Below, in pieces: positions 14,820 to 28,390 of a DNA stretch of 64,000 nucleotides; within the stretch, counting starts at the first letter, position 1, and each line of letters begins with the position of its first letter. The DNA lies in assembly GCF_009914755.1 (NCBI RefSeq), contig NC_060940.1. The stretch is one strand, 5' to 3'. This DNA is from the human T2T-CHM13v2.0 reference genome, Homo sapiens. The notes below the pieces were generated by a model. The model did no database searches and was not told the origin of the DNA. It saw only the letters and a program-made list of their open reading frames with translations. The position numbers and the translations under genes were made by a program.

Positions 14820-15172
14820 GACAGTGGCTTCTCAGCTAACCTGTCACCACGTGGGATTGGGCCCCCAGTGGTGTAAGCTTTTTCAGAGAAGCTACACATC
14901 TAGCTTTTGGACCTGTGATCTCCCCAATGTTTTAATGCTGGCAACTAATTCAAATTAGGAAGGAAGGAAGGAAGAGAGGTTGGAAGGGAGAGAGAGAAAG
15001 AAGGAGCAAAGGAGAAAAGAAAGGAGAGAAGGAGGAAGGGAGGGAGGAAGGAAGGAAAGAAAAGGAAGGAAGGGAAAGGGAAGGAAGGAAGGGAAGGGAA
15101 GAAAGTATGGGCCACACAAAACAGGTCTGTGGGCTTGACTTGTCCTCTGATCATCAGTTTGTGACCTCTGTT
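14820..15172. mobile_element. MER103-like hAT DNA transposon split by a purine-rich repeat
   Basis: tttcagagaagct...atctccccaatgttttaatgctggcaactaattcaaatt | gggccacacaaaaca..tctgtgggc...cagtttgtgacctctg. Confidence 0.55.
14957..15104. repeat. Purine-rich (GGAA/GGGA/GA)n low-complexity tract
   Basis: About 148 nt that are almost all A/G. Confidence 0.95.
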
Positions 15173-16415
15173 CTAAAGAGTGAAAACTATGTAAGATAGT
15201 ATCAGATAAGTAGGTATTTAAATTACTTTGCACCTTTTCCATTTCATAGAACTTGAATGTTTGTGTTCAAAGCTTAAAACCCAAGACAGTGAGCTATTAA
15301 GCCTCCATGGCCACGTCATTTTTCTGATTGCATCTGATGTAACAAGTGCTAGAAAAACTGATGCTGTTCATTGCTTTAAAACGTCTTTCTTTATTTTCTT
15401 GGTATTATTAGGTTTACATATTCTTCCGAACACACTCTTGCCATCTCCATGCAGTTAAGCTAGTTCAATTTAAACATTGTCATAAAGTTAATTTTTTATA
15501 AGATGAATCAGGTTATTAAATTTAGTAAACCATTGCCTTCATTATTTTGCACAAACTTTGGCACTGTGCAGAATAGGCTTAGCACTACTACATTTAGCTA
15601 ATTAAACTGGCCGTCAGCTGCAGTATTACAAGAGTGAGGGATGTTATTCTCTTGGGTTTTATCCAGGACTTTAACAGTAGGTAGCATTATTAAGCTTTTT
15701 TTATATAAAACTCCACACTCTAGAGATATGGTTTACTATAAAAGTGTTATTGTCCTTCCTGTTAAACTATCATCTTTTGAAATAGCCACGCTTTGTTTCT
15801 GTTCCAAAGGCAATTGTAAAGGGTAAGAAAATGGAGTTGTCTATTGCAGCTTTTAAAAGTAGACTAGCAACGGGTAATGCATTGCTTAGATAAAGGAAGA
15901 TGTAAGAACCAGAGTGTAATTTCACAAGACACAGAGACAGATGGCTTACCCGTAACTACAGTCAGGAATTCTCTAAAGGAGAGAGGGTGGAAGCTTGAGC
16001 CTGTAGCCTGTTGCTGCTGTCTTGTCAGATGTGCCCTTTCTGGTAATAAAAAGTCCTTTGCCGTGGGTTATTTTGTCAAGTGAGATAGCAGGACTTAACA
16101 GGTTTGTTTGGGAAAATAAAATTTGATAGAAAAACGGCATGCTTTTCCCCCACAGATTTCTTGGTAGCATCATTCAAAACTACAGTGAGCAGTATCTTTG
16201 CAGGATTTTAATATTTATTCATTATTATAAAGGAAGGAAGAGGGCCATCGTGTTGCAGTTTGAAACAGCCTGGATTGTTTTAAAATAGTCCAGAGCTGCA
16301 GCCTATTAGCAGTCTGCAAGAACCATTTGTTTCTTCAGCAGATATTTATTGAATCCTACTGGGTGCTAGTCTGGCGAAATACGGAGATTGGAGGGTGTAA
16401 GGCTCAAGGAGCTTA

Positions 16416-16758
<343 letters not shown>

Positions 16759-17724
16759 GTTCTGGAACCTGCCTGGCCTTGTGTTATATCGATGCTTTCT
16801 CAATCTGTTAAAAACGTAGCTGCTATTGAATGACTAAGAATTGTTTACTCTCATTTCCACTCTCTTACATCTTTTTTTTTTCTTTTAATACCCTGTGATG
16901 AAACTGTGAAGAAAGATATTCCTGATCATTGCTTTGACCTGGAAATTTCAAAGGGACCCACAGTCCACCATTCCGTCCAAGATCTTCTGGGTGTGTGAAG
17001 TCCCGGGCTCACAAATGCAGTTGTGTTTGGTCACTGTGTTGCTTGCATATGGCTGTTGGCATCTCATTAGCCTGATTGATGGGGCAGATCAGTCAGCAAG
17101 ACTTTGTTCGGTGCCTGCCCCCAGCCAGCTGGGCTACAAAACCTGGCATTTTACTTCTCTCATTTTCCCCAAATGATCTAGGTGTCTTTTGCTCACTGGT
17201 GATAAGGGGTGACATTGGTATCACAGGTAAAAATGAGTAAATTTGAGATTATTGTCGTCTTGCTTTAAAGGTTGGAGATACAGCTTCAAAAACCTTTTAC
17301 TACCCACACACCCAAGGGGAGTCAAATGGATTTAGGTGTTAAATACTTCAGGTTTGAAATCCTTTGTGCATTATTTCAGCATCTGATTTAAGTATCAGAG
17401 GTCATCTTTAGGTAATAAGTAAGTATTTTGGAATATGGGATTTGGCAAAATCTCAAGAAATAATTTCAGGTTGTCTCAGCAATGAGGTTAAATTGTGCTC
17501 CAGAGTCCATATTCAGACAAACGGAATGGTGGAGCCCGAGGTTGATTTCTTTGAATTCTGGTTGGTATTAAAGTCATTCAGCCCTCGGGTTACCATTGGT
17601 AGCACATCTAGGAGCAAGTTTTAATTTTTTAGTCATAGTGACTGTGCTGGATTTGGTAGGTCGTACGAATTGGGGAAGAGGCATAGGACACCAAGGATTT
17701 TGCAAAAAGCAGGCAACTAACATT

Positions 17725-17910
17725 TGTTTTCCACCTACTATGATTATGTTAGGCTCTCAATATATGTTTACCACTTATTCCCCATTTTACAGAAACGATA
17801 ACTGAGTTTCACATGGGTTCAAGGCGTGACCTTAGATCCCACAGCTTGTACGTGCTTAGAACTGGCAGCAACACAAGTGTGTCCAACTTGAGTTTTCCTC
17901 TGTGCTATGC
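17725..17910 (-). mobile_element. MIR
   Basis: ttattccccattttacagaaacgataactgag...gatcccacagcttgta. Confidence 0.6.
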
Positions 17911-18501
17911 TGATTTTCCTTGAGAAGTATTCTGTATAAATAGACTGTTTTCTATGAAGATTAGGCCTGTGGGAGTGATATGAATGAATGAACTTTACTA
18001 GGCTCTTTCACATGGTGATGTCAGGAAGATAACGGTATGCTGATTTTGCGTGCATATTAACATTATCTTGTAAACAATAATTTATGGCCATTTGACATGG
18101 GTTTGGCTGAATTGCATAGCTGCCTTCTCTAGTAGAATTGACTACTTTGTTATTGTACTGTACTCTATAGGGTCTTCCACCACAGATTACAAAATATGGT
18201 ATTTTTTAGTTTAGAGCAATGGGTTGGTGTTCAAGCTCTGGATTAGACTGCCTCTTCTTTTTCCTCCCTCCCTCCCCTCCCCTCCTCTCCTTTCCCCTTT
18301 TTTGAGATGACTTTAAAATATAGATTCATATTTTTTAAATATACAGAACTTTTTCAGTTTTCCATTTCTTCTTGTGGCAACTTTTTTTGTAGTGTTTTTC
18401 TAGGAATTTGTCTTTTTTACCTGTATTGTAAATTCATTGGTATAAAGTTGTTCACCATATCTTAAGATCTTCTTAGGGTTCATAGGATCTGTAGTCCTTT
18501 T

Positions 18502-19695
18502 CTTTATTTTTCATTTTTAAAAACAACTTTATTGAGGTATGATTGATGTACAAAAAGCCTTACGTATTTGATGTATAGAACTTGATAAGTTTGGAGATAA
18601 GTATATACCTGTGAAACCATTATATTTTATAAGTACATGATACAATATGAGCACAGTACTATATGGTAGATCTCTAGGGCTTTTCCATCTGGCGTACCTG
18701 AAACTTCATACCCTTTGGCTAATACCTCCTTGTTTCTCTCTCCCCTCAGCCCTTTGCCTACACCATTCTATTTTTTGCCTCTATGAGTTTGAGTGTCTTA
18801 GATTCCTCATATAAATTGTATCATGTAGTATTTGTCCTTCTGTGTCTGGCTTATTTCACTTAGCATAATGTCCTTCAGGTTCATCCATGTTGTTGCAAAT
18901 AGCAGAATTTCCTTCATTCCTAAGGCTGAATAATATTCCATTGTGTGTGTTTGTGTGTGTGTGTGTTTGTGTGTGTGTCTTCCACATTTCTTTATCCATT
19001 CATTCATCAGTAGAAATTTAGGCTGCTTCCATGTCTTGGCTAGTATGAATAATGCTGCAGTGAACATGAGAGGGCAGACATATTGTTGTGATCCTGATTT
19101 GAGTTCCTTTGGATATGTATCCAGAAGTAGGATTGCTGGATCATAATCCAGCAATTTTTAATTCTTGTTTCGTTTTTTGAGGAACCTCCATACTGTTTTT
19201 CATAATGGTTGCACCAATTTACATTCCACTAAGGAATGTAAGTTTCTCACGCATAAGGGGGCTCTTGTTTCCACACCCTGAACCACACTTGTTATCTTTC
19301 ATTTTATGATGAGAACCACCTTAAGAGGTGTGAGGTGACATCTCACTGTGGTTTCAATTTGCATTTTCCTGAGAATTAGTGACAGTGAGCCCCTTTTCAT
19401 ACACTTGGCTATTTGTATGTTTTCTTTGGAGAATTGTCTATTTGGTTCCTTTGCTTGTTTTTAAAATCGGTGGTTTTTTTTTTTTTTTTTTTTTTTTGCT
19501 ATTGGGTTTTAGGAGTTCCTTATATATTTTGGATATGAACACTATCAGTTATGAGGTTTGCAAGTATTTTTTACTATTTTGTAGCTTGCCCTTTCAGTGT
19601 CTTGATTGTTTTCTTTAACGTGCAGAAGCTTTTTAGTTTTACGTAACCTCACTTGTCTAGTTTTGCTTTTGTTGCTTATGCTTTTATGTGGCATA
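18502..19695 (-). mobile_element. Younger L1MA/L1MB 3' segment nested in the older L1
   Basis: caactttattgaggtatgattga 3' end; tttgtccttctgtgtctggcttatttcacttagcataatgtcc; gtgcagaagctttttagttt; TSD-like tgtagtcctttt / tgttgtcctttt. Confidence 0.85.
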
Positions 19696-19979
19696 ATGTT
19701 GTCCTTTTATTCATCCCTGATATTGGTTGTTCAAGCCCTCTCTTTCTGTCTCTGTCTCTCTCTCTGTCATTCTTGCTAGCCCTTTATCAATTTTATTAGT
19801 TTTTTCAATTGACAGACTTTTAGCTTCTTTTTTTCTCTGTATTTTATGTTTGTTTTAGATTTATAAGTTTCTCCTTTCTCCTTTTATTTCCATCGTTCTG
19901 CTTTCTTTAGGCTTAATTTGCTGGGTTATTTTCCTAATGTAATGGATGCTTAGATCATCTTGGATGCTTAGATCATCAT

Positions 19980-20224
19980 TTTTTCTTTCTTTCTTTTTTT
20001 TTGGAGCAAGATCTCACTCTGTCACCCAGGCTGGAGTGAAGTGGCATGATCATCCTCCTGAGTAGCTGGGACCACAGGTGTGCACCACCACGCCCAACTA
20101 ATTTTTTGTAGAGATGGAATTTTGCCATGTTGCCCAGGCTGGTCTCGAACTCTTGGGCTCAAGCGATCCACCCGCCTCGGCCACCCCGATTCCTGGGATT
20201 ACAGCCATGAGCCACTGTGCCTGG
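19980..20224 (-). mobile_element. AluJ with internal deletion
   Basis: ctcttgggctcaagcgatccacccg; part of the right arm is missing. Confidence 0.85.
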
Positions 20225-21174
20225 TCTTCTTTTTAATATATGTAGTTAAGGCTATAGATTTTCTTTTAACCATGGCTTTAGCTATACTCCTTAAGTTTGT
20301 ATATGTGTTTGTAATTACCGAGTTTAAAATATTTCTAACTTTCATTGTAATTTTTTGAGCCATAATGTCTTATTTATTTATACATATATTTCCAGAAATG
20401 AGAATTTTCTGGGATCTTGTTATTGATTTGTAATTTAATTCCATTGCGGTCAAAGAGCATACTTTCTAATTTTAATCTTTTGAAATTCATTGAGACTTGC
20501 TTTTGCCCCTGCAAATCATCAGTTTTGGTAAGTATTCTTGAAGTACTTGAGTATATTTTGCTGTTGCTTTCAGTGTTTATCATATTCAATTATTTTCAGT
20601 TTATCAATTAAGTTGTTCAAGTCTTCTATATACTTTGTGTTTGTCTGCTTATTTTATCTGTTACTAAGAGGGATATGTTAAAATCTTCCATTATAATTGT
20701 GAATTTGTCTATTTATTGTCCTAATTCTGTCAATTTTTGACATATATGAGAGGCTCTATTATTAAGTACATATAAATTTAGAATTGTCATGTATTCTTGG
20801 TGGATTGAAATTTACCATTGTGAAATATTCAGCACTTTCTCTTGTAATGCTTCTTGCTTTAGAGTCTTTTTTTTCTGAAATTAGTACAGCTATATCAGAT
20901 TTCTTTTGGCCCGTGTTATACAGTATACCTTTTCTATTCTTTTACTTTTTTTATGCTTATGTTTAAATAAGGTATAAAACATAATGTACATTCGTTTTTA
21001 AGGACAGTATATGTATATTTATGTTTTCTTCAGTCTGACAAACTTTTTCTTTTAATTGCCATCTTTAGGCCATTTATATTTAATGTAATGACAGATATAT
21101 TTGAGTTTGGGTTTAAATATACCACCTTATTATTGGCTTCCTGTTAAGTTATTCTATATTCCTCTTTCCCTTAT

Positions 21175-21535
21175 TTCTATCCTTTCTTTCTCTTTTTTCT
21201 TTTCCTTTTTCCTTTCTCTCTCTCTCTCTCTTTCTTTCTCTTTCCTTTCTTTCTTCCATTTAAATTGAGACAGGGCCTTGCTCTGTCACTCTGGCTGGAG
21301 TGCAGTGGCATAATCATAGCTGACTGTGCCCTTGAACTCTTGGACTCAGGCAATCCCTCGACATCAGCCTTCTGAGTAGCTGGGACTACCGGTACCTGCC
21401 ACCACACCTGGCTATTTCTTTTTTAATTTTAATTTTTGTAGAGACAGAGTTTTGCTATGTTGCCCAAGCTGGTCACAAGTGATCCTCATGCTTTGGCCGC
21501 CCACGGTGCTAGAATTACAGGCCACTGTACCTAGT
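21175..21535 (-). mobile_element. AluJ with CT-rich expanded tail
   Basis: gagacagggccttgctctgtcac...catagctgactgtgcccttgaactc; pyrimidine tract at 21175-21255. Confidence 0.85.
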
Positions 21536-22179
21536 CATCTTCTCTCCTTTCTTGCCTTTTTATCATTCTGCTTTTCTTCTCCATTAGCTTTTTAAATTTG
21601 TAGAGATTTACATCTTGCATCTTTGACTTATTAAAATCTAATATAAATCAGTATTATATCACTTCCTGGAGAAGACAAGAACCTTAGGATACTTTGCTTC
21701 CATTACTCACCTCCTAGGTTAAGCATTGTTATTATTATTGATATAGTAATTTTTGCTATATATTTTAAAACTCACAGATTTCACTCTTACCATTTGGATC
21801 TTAACATGTCGTTACCCTTTATGTTGCTCTTTGTTACTTTCTGCATCTCTGGGTTTATAGCTAAGGTCATTTTCCTCCTGCCTGAAGAGCATCCTTTAGT
21901 GTTTCCTCTAGTGTGGGTCTATACGTGACACTAGGTGTAGTGTAGGTGACAAACAAAAAGCAGCTTTCGTTTGCTTAAAATTTTTGTTCTCTGCCTTTAT
22001 TTTTCAAAAATATTTTCACTAGGTATAGAATTCTAAGATGAAAGTTTTATTTTTTTTCAGCTGTGGCTTCCATCATTTTCCTGAGAGGTATAACTATCAG
22101 TCTTGTAGCTACTGGTCTCTAACTACTTCTAAAACTATCTGCAGTTTTTAGCAGTTTTACTCTGATGTGCCTTGCTTTG

Positions 22180-22398
22180 ACATGTATGTGTATATATGTG
22201 TATCTACACACACATACACACATACAGATACACACTCACATATATATTTCTGTTTGCGGCTCACACAGACATAAATATATATATATATACAAACGTACAT
22301 TTCTGCTTGTAGCTTGCACATATATATATACACACACACACATACATGTAGACACACACATTTATACATATACATGTCAACACATACACATACATATT
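22180..22398. repeat. Degenerate (CA/TA)n low-complexity tract
   Basis: Visible cacatacacacata / tatata array with three atttctg anchors. Confidence 0.9.
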
Positions 22399-23679
22399 TC
22401 TGCTTATGGCTCAGGATACTTCTTTTTTTGGCCGTGTATGCGTCATTGATTTTGTAACATTATCAGCCATTCTGTCTTTAAATATTGCTTTTCTTAGTCT
22501 ATTTCACTTGTTTTGGAACTCAGATTACATGTATGTGTAAGAGCCTGGGAGAATGTGTTTCATATGTCTCTTTTGTGCTTTGTTTTATTGTGTTATTTTT
22601 TTCTTTTTATGCTTCACTTTGGATTTTTTTGTTAACTTATTTTGTAGTTTCCTCAATCTTGTCGTCAGCTGTGTCTTGTATTCTGTTAAACTATATGCTG
22701 AATTCTTCTTTACTCTTATTACTCTTATTTTGTTTAAGTTTCAGAATATCTATTTGAATTTTTTTATTGTTTCTAATTCCCTGGCAAAATTCTCCATCTT
22801 GCCTTTTTGTTCCTTGAATTTGTCAGTCAGACTTATTTTAATCACTGTTTCTGAATAACTTGATTAGACAGATCTCCTGTGCATTTATTTCCATTTGTTC
22901 CCCTCTGGCTTTTGGTGAAGTTTTTTCTTTTTGTATGCTTAGCTATTTTGTTTGAATGTCTGAGAGTTTATATGAGTATTTGAAATAATCATAGTGGTAA
23001 TTTGAGACTCTAGATAATGGTATCTTCCTCCAGAGAACATTTTCTCTTGCTTCTGGAAATTGGATAGATAGGGACTGATCACTTTAATCAAACTAGGAAT
23101 TGAAATGGCCTGAAGCTGAGTTTCCACTCTTGTGAAGGCTGGACTGTCTCTTGTTATTACAGCGAGGGTATAACTCTTTAGGATCCCGACCAAAGGTTTG
23201 GTGTGTTTACCGTGGCCCTTTCCTGGTGGGTCCTGAGCTCAAATTTATGTCTTTTTCCTTGTTATAAAATTGCCAAAAGCTCAGCCCATCTTCTCAGGCT
23301 TCCAACCACTATGTTTGGAAATGAAATATGCCTTGAAGGAAAAAAGCTGCCAAATGCTGGCCTTGCAGTTTTTGCAGATCTTGGCCCCCAAAATTCTTAG
23401 TCATAGTGCCCTTCTGATGCCTTCAAACAGATATGGGTGTGTATGCACGTGTGTTATTTTGTCCATCTTTTCTAATTGTTCTCAGTAGGAAATGGGGCTA
23501 AGAAACCTAGGTAACACTGGTAGAAGCAGAGGTGCTGGCGACACTTACCATAGAGTAGAGCATAAAGTCCTTATCGTGGGCACAGGATCTGGTCATTATT
23601 GATGGTTAAATGGCTGGACATGCCGTGAACTCTTCTATGTCCCAGTCTTCATCTTTGAAATCACTGCATCCCTAGGACA

Positions 23680-23889
23680 AGTTTTCTCACCATCACAGTG
23701 TTGACAGTCCGGGCCAGATGGTTCTATGTTGTCAGGGGCTGCCCTGTTCATGGTAAGATGTTTTGTAATGCCTGGTGTTTACCCACTAGATGCCAGTAGG
23801 ACTCTACCCCACAACTGTGGCCACTGAAAATGTCTCCAGACATTTGCTTCTGTCCCCTGGGGATCAAAATCACCCCTGGTTGAGAACTT
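23680..23889. mobile_element. MER20 hAT-Charlie DNA transposon
   Basis: gggccagatggttctatgttgtcaggggctgccctgt...acccactagatgccagtag...aaaatgtctccagacatt...aaatcacccctggttgagaac. Confidence 0.85.
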
Positions 23890-23953
23890 GGGGTAATTTA
23901 AGTGGTGCTCCGGTAAAGGCCATTCAACATGACTCACTGTGTTGATGTTATGT

Positions 23954-24100
<147 letters not shown>

Positions 24101-24504
24101 TGACTGTTGTTGTTTTTTTTAATTGTCAAATACACATGCCGGGCTAACCATATGGAGATTTCAGTGGAGTGTGTAAAGTTTATTGCTCTTGGAATCATGT
24201 CTTTATTTTTAAAGTCATCTTCACTTTGTTTGTCTTATGAATGAAAGCATGAGCAAGTCCATTATTATTCACGCATTTGTTTGTAGTTCATTGTCAGTGT
24301 CATCTGCTTTATTAGTCAGGGGTTTGAGAATGTTTCTTCCTTTAACTCATTTATTAAGAAAAATAAAACGTGGTGAACGCCCATGATTGCAACTAGGAGA
24401 CTGTTACGCTTATGGTTGTTAAGATTAGAAAGAAGGAGGCTTTAACCCTATCTCTAATTTCTTACTTTTCTCTGTCTATGTAGAAGTTGATGTTGATACG
24501 TGTC

Positions 24505-25030
24505 TACATAAATATTTACTAAGGGCTTGCATTAGTCTTGGGACCAAGGATATAGTATTAAACGAAACAGAATCCCTGCCCTCATAGGCTTACCTTCTAG
24601 GTAGGAAAAATAGACCATAATCAAGTTTAATATTTGCCATAATGTCAGTAAATAAAGGACTGTAAAGCAGAGGAAGGTGGGGGGAATGATAGCGTGAGTG
24701 TGATGGAGTCATCAGCAGGGAGCCTTCCAAAGTTGTGACATTTGATCTGAGACCTGAATGAAGTAGGGGTAAGCCATGCAGATGTCAAGAGAAGTATTCT
24801 CTTAGCAGTGAGAAGAGCATATGCTAAGGCTCAGAGGTAGGCACAAGCCTGGAGATTTCAAGGATCATCAGGGAAGCTAGTGTGGCTGGAGATGAATGGA
24901 GTGGGTAGGAGAGGTGCTGTTGGGGGATGGGTATCTGGTAGACTCTGAGATAGCGGTGAGGAAGACATTAGAGGGTTTGAGCTAGAGAGTGATGCGAGCT
25001 GTTTGATTTTTGAAACATCGCTGGATTTCA
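24505..25030 (-). mobile_element. L2 fragment
   Basis: aaatatttact...tccctgccctcat..gcttaccttctag...gtgacatttgatctgagacctgaatga. Confidence 0.75.
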
Positions 25031-25047
25031 GAATGAAGTCCAGACTG

Positions 25048-25440
25048 CATTCATTCACTTTTCATTCATTCACATATTCATGAAGTGCACCTCTGTGATG
25101 GGTGCTGGGGTCTACTGTTAAGGACAACAGACGTTGCCACTGTCTTTGTAGAGCTTTCAGCCTATTGTGGAAGACAAATTTAGTCAAAAAACACAGATCT
25201 TAATGTAAACTTGAAAAAGCAGTGAGTGGTCCTAGGAATCAGTAATGATGCCAGGGAGTTGGGAGACCTTTGGGGTCCCCAAGGAAGAAGTGATTGAACT
25301 AAGATCTGAAGAAAGACCTGAAGAGGGTGGAGAAGGGTCAGATGGGGTAGGGGAATGGCAGGTGCAGAGGCCCTGGGAGGAGGGGGAGGAGGAGATAGAG
25401 CAGCGTGTTTGGGAGCAGAGCCTGAAGGGGGCTGGGTACA
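25048..25440 (-). mobile_element. Second L2 fragment
   Basis: cattcattca 3' tail, then ggaagaagtgattgaactaagatctgaaga. Confidence 0.65.
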
Positions 25441-26310
25441 CCCTGTGGAGGCCGTCTTCATTTTTGAATGCTGTGAAAGATTTCTTGCCATTTGAAGAAA
25501 TAGACTACAGTGTACTTAAGAAAATTTTTGGTACTCTGGACTGAAAAGTAGTGAAAATAAAGAAAAGGAAGATTTATTTATGCTTTTTCAGTGTATTTAT
25601 GATGAAATATTTGAAATTCAGTATATTTGAAATGAGCCCTTATCTTGAGCTCACTGAGCTTATTATTTTGGGTTAAATAAAAAAGAAAACAGAGTCTTAC
25701 TTTTTCTGATCATTTTATTGTCTTTCTGACTAATGTTAAAAAGTAGTAACCTCTAGTAGGTGGGATAGTAGCAATTTTTAGGGATGTATTGAGAAGAGTA
25801 CAAATGGGAATACGTGCATCTTATTTGAATCTACACGCAGAATGGGAAGGTGAAAAATGAAATGTGAAAGTCGTTCTTGGTCCTTCTCTTGGAAGATAAA
25901 CATTATGTATTCTTCCAGAAAAAGGTTATCTATATACCAGGAAACACACTCACATTCTGTTCTGTACTTTTTTTTTTTTTAAACTTAGTACTGCAGGAGA
26001 TCTCTTATTAGTGCATATAGATCTACTTCATTGTTTTAACTGCTGTATAATATTCCATCATGTGCTTATGCTATAACCAGTCTTCCCTTTGGTGGCCATT
26101 TAGGTTGTTTGCATTGTTTTGCTATTTGTTATTCCAAGCAATGGTGTTTCACAGTTCTCTCTTTCTTGCATCAGTCTTTCTTACGATATCATCTGATATT
26201 GGGCCTAAACTATGCTGCTGTGAGCATTCTTTATTTACGTATTTGTGAGTAAATGCCTGGGGCAGAATCTTAGCACTGGACTCCTTGATTCAAAGGGCAT
26301 ATGCATTTAA

Positions 26311-26658
<348 letters not shown>

Positions 26659-28149
26659 TCCCGAGTCATTTCTTATCTTGTTGCTCCAATTTCCATTCCC
26701 ACTGACAGTGTAGACAGACAACTGCTGAGGGCTTGCAGTGTTCTTGGGACTAGCAGGAGGGCGTGTCAAAATTGTAAAACTCTGCCTATTTGATGTAATA
26801 TTTGAAACTAGAAAGGTAAAATTCCAGGGACGCTAGTGACACTATGGTAACCTGATTGTACAGTGACATTCATGTTTAAACCAGTCTTGGAAGATAATGC
26901 TGTAGCACAACTGTTTTTGCATCATTAAATTTATCCTCTTCTTTTCTGAGAACACAATATATATGAGAACACATTCATCTGCATTTATCCTATTTTAATT
27001 ATTGTTTGATGCTTAGAGCAGAAATTCCTGGACCTGCCCCAATTAGCGATGAGACCTTGGGTAAGCCTCTGGATCTATTTGGAGCCTGTTTCCTCATCTT
27101 TAAGGAAAAAGGTTGGATGGATGATGTCAAAGACCCACTGTTCAGTCTTTCTTTCTTATATTTTGAGCCTTAATTGGGTCCCTGTGAGTCAATTTCAGAT
27201 GATAGAATTTGCTGTTTTATAGTTTTACTCTAACATGTAGTACCTTGAGATAGACCAGTGATCCCAGACTAAGAATTATTCAGAATCATTCACCGTCGGG
27301 GACACAGAAAAAGGAAAATGGAACAGAAACAAAACTAATACACGTGGCTCCAGATGTTTAAAATTAGATTTGATAGGTTGTAGGCTGAAGAAACTCAACC
27401 TGTTCATCATCTCTCATCTTTTCACTTGTTCTCTGTGTATGCCATTATATTGTGTTCCTCATTTTCCCAAGATGATGATTATGGAAACTCAAATTTTGCA
27501 CCAGAAGCTGTAGTTACCATTTCATTCCATTGCACCATTCATACCCTGCAGAGAGGATGTGAAGTCGTAAGGCCTTCTTGCTCTGGTGACATCTGTTAGG
27601 CTTCGTCTCTATATCATCCCCCAACTCCTTGACCCTTGATATTTGCTGGTCTACTTCACTTCAGGTCCTTCCTCACCTCACATCTCTGCGCAAGGATTTC
27701 ATCTGGTATGTCACTAAATATTACCTTCCTGTGTTTCTCAAGGTCAATTTGATAGACTCCAATTTTTCAAGCTGCTGGCCAGCTTGAGCGTATTCATATG
27801 TTACCTACGATGAATCACATCAGTGTCGGGGCCGGGAAGGTACTGCAACATATTGGCACCTCACGGGAGGCTCTCAAAATGATCCAAAGTTTTTTGTTGC
27901 AGCAAAAGCTCATTCAGAAGTCTTTGGGCCATTTGGCTCAGCGGAGGCTGTCATGTGCCAAGGCTCCGTGGGCATTCTTAGCTCTGCTTCTGGAGATAAG
28001 AGTTCATTCCTCCATCCCAACTTGTTCTTCCCTGCCCATTCTTCCTCTTCCTGCCTTCACTGCACATTCCGGGATCGCCATGTTCTAGAACATTCATGTC
28101 TGCCTTTTAGCCAGCAGAATGCTATTCTCACATCCACAATGGGACAGCT

Positions 28150-28390
28150 AACAGCCCCCATTTATCAAATCCCTGTCATATGCTGTGTCAGGCACTTTAT
28201 ATCCCTCATCCAGGAGGATGCAAAAACCTGGTGTTTTTCTTTTTTTTTTTTTTGCATTTTCCAGACGAGCCAAGGGATGGCTCAGAAGGGTGAAGGAACT
28301 CACCCGAATTGCACAGCTGGTGAGCTCAGAGTCAGGCTCCTTGCTTGGTCCATCTGGCTTCCAAACTCCAAGTCTGTCTGCTCCACCCCA
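28150..28390 (-). mobile_element. MIR
   Basis: tgtgtcaggcacttta...ggctcagaagggtgaaggaactcacccg..ttgcacagctggtgag. Confidence 0.6.

Larger units (their letters stand above)
18330..23500 (-). mobile_element. Old degenerate L1M body (fragmented, hosting nested insertions)
   Basis: T-rich antisense ORF2-type sequence: ctaggaatttgtc, ttatcaattttatt, aatttaattccattgcggtcaaagagcatac, gttaaaatcttcc...gtgaatttgtctattt, aggtatagaattcta. Confidence 0.75.

Noticed and set aside
18807-19154. 115-aa ORF resembling the L1 ORF2 C-terminus
   Set aside because: A residual frame in a dead L1MA/MB fragment; no intact ORF2.
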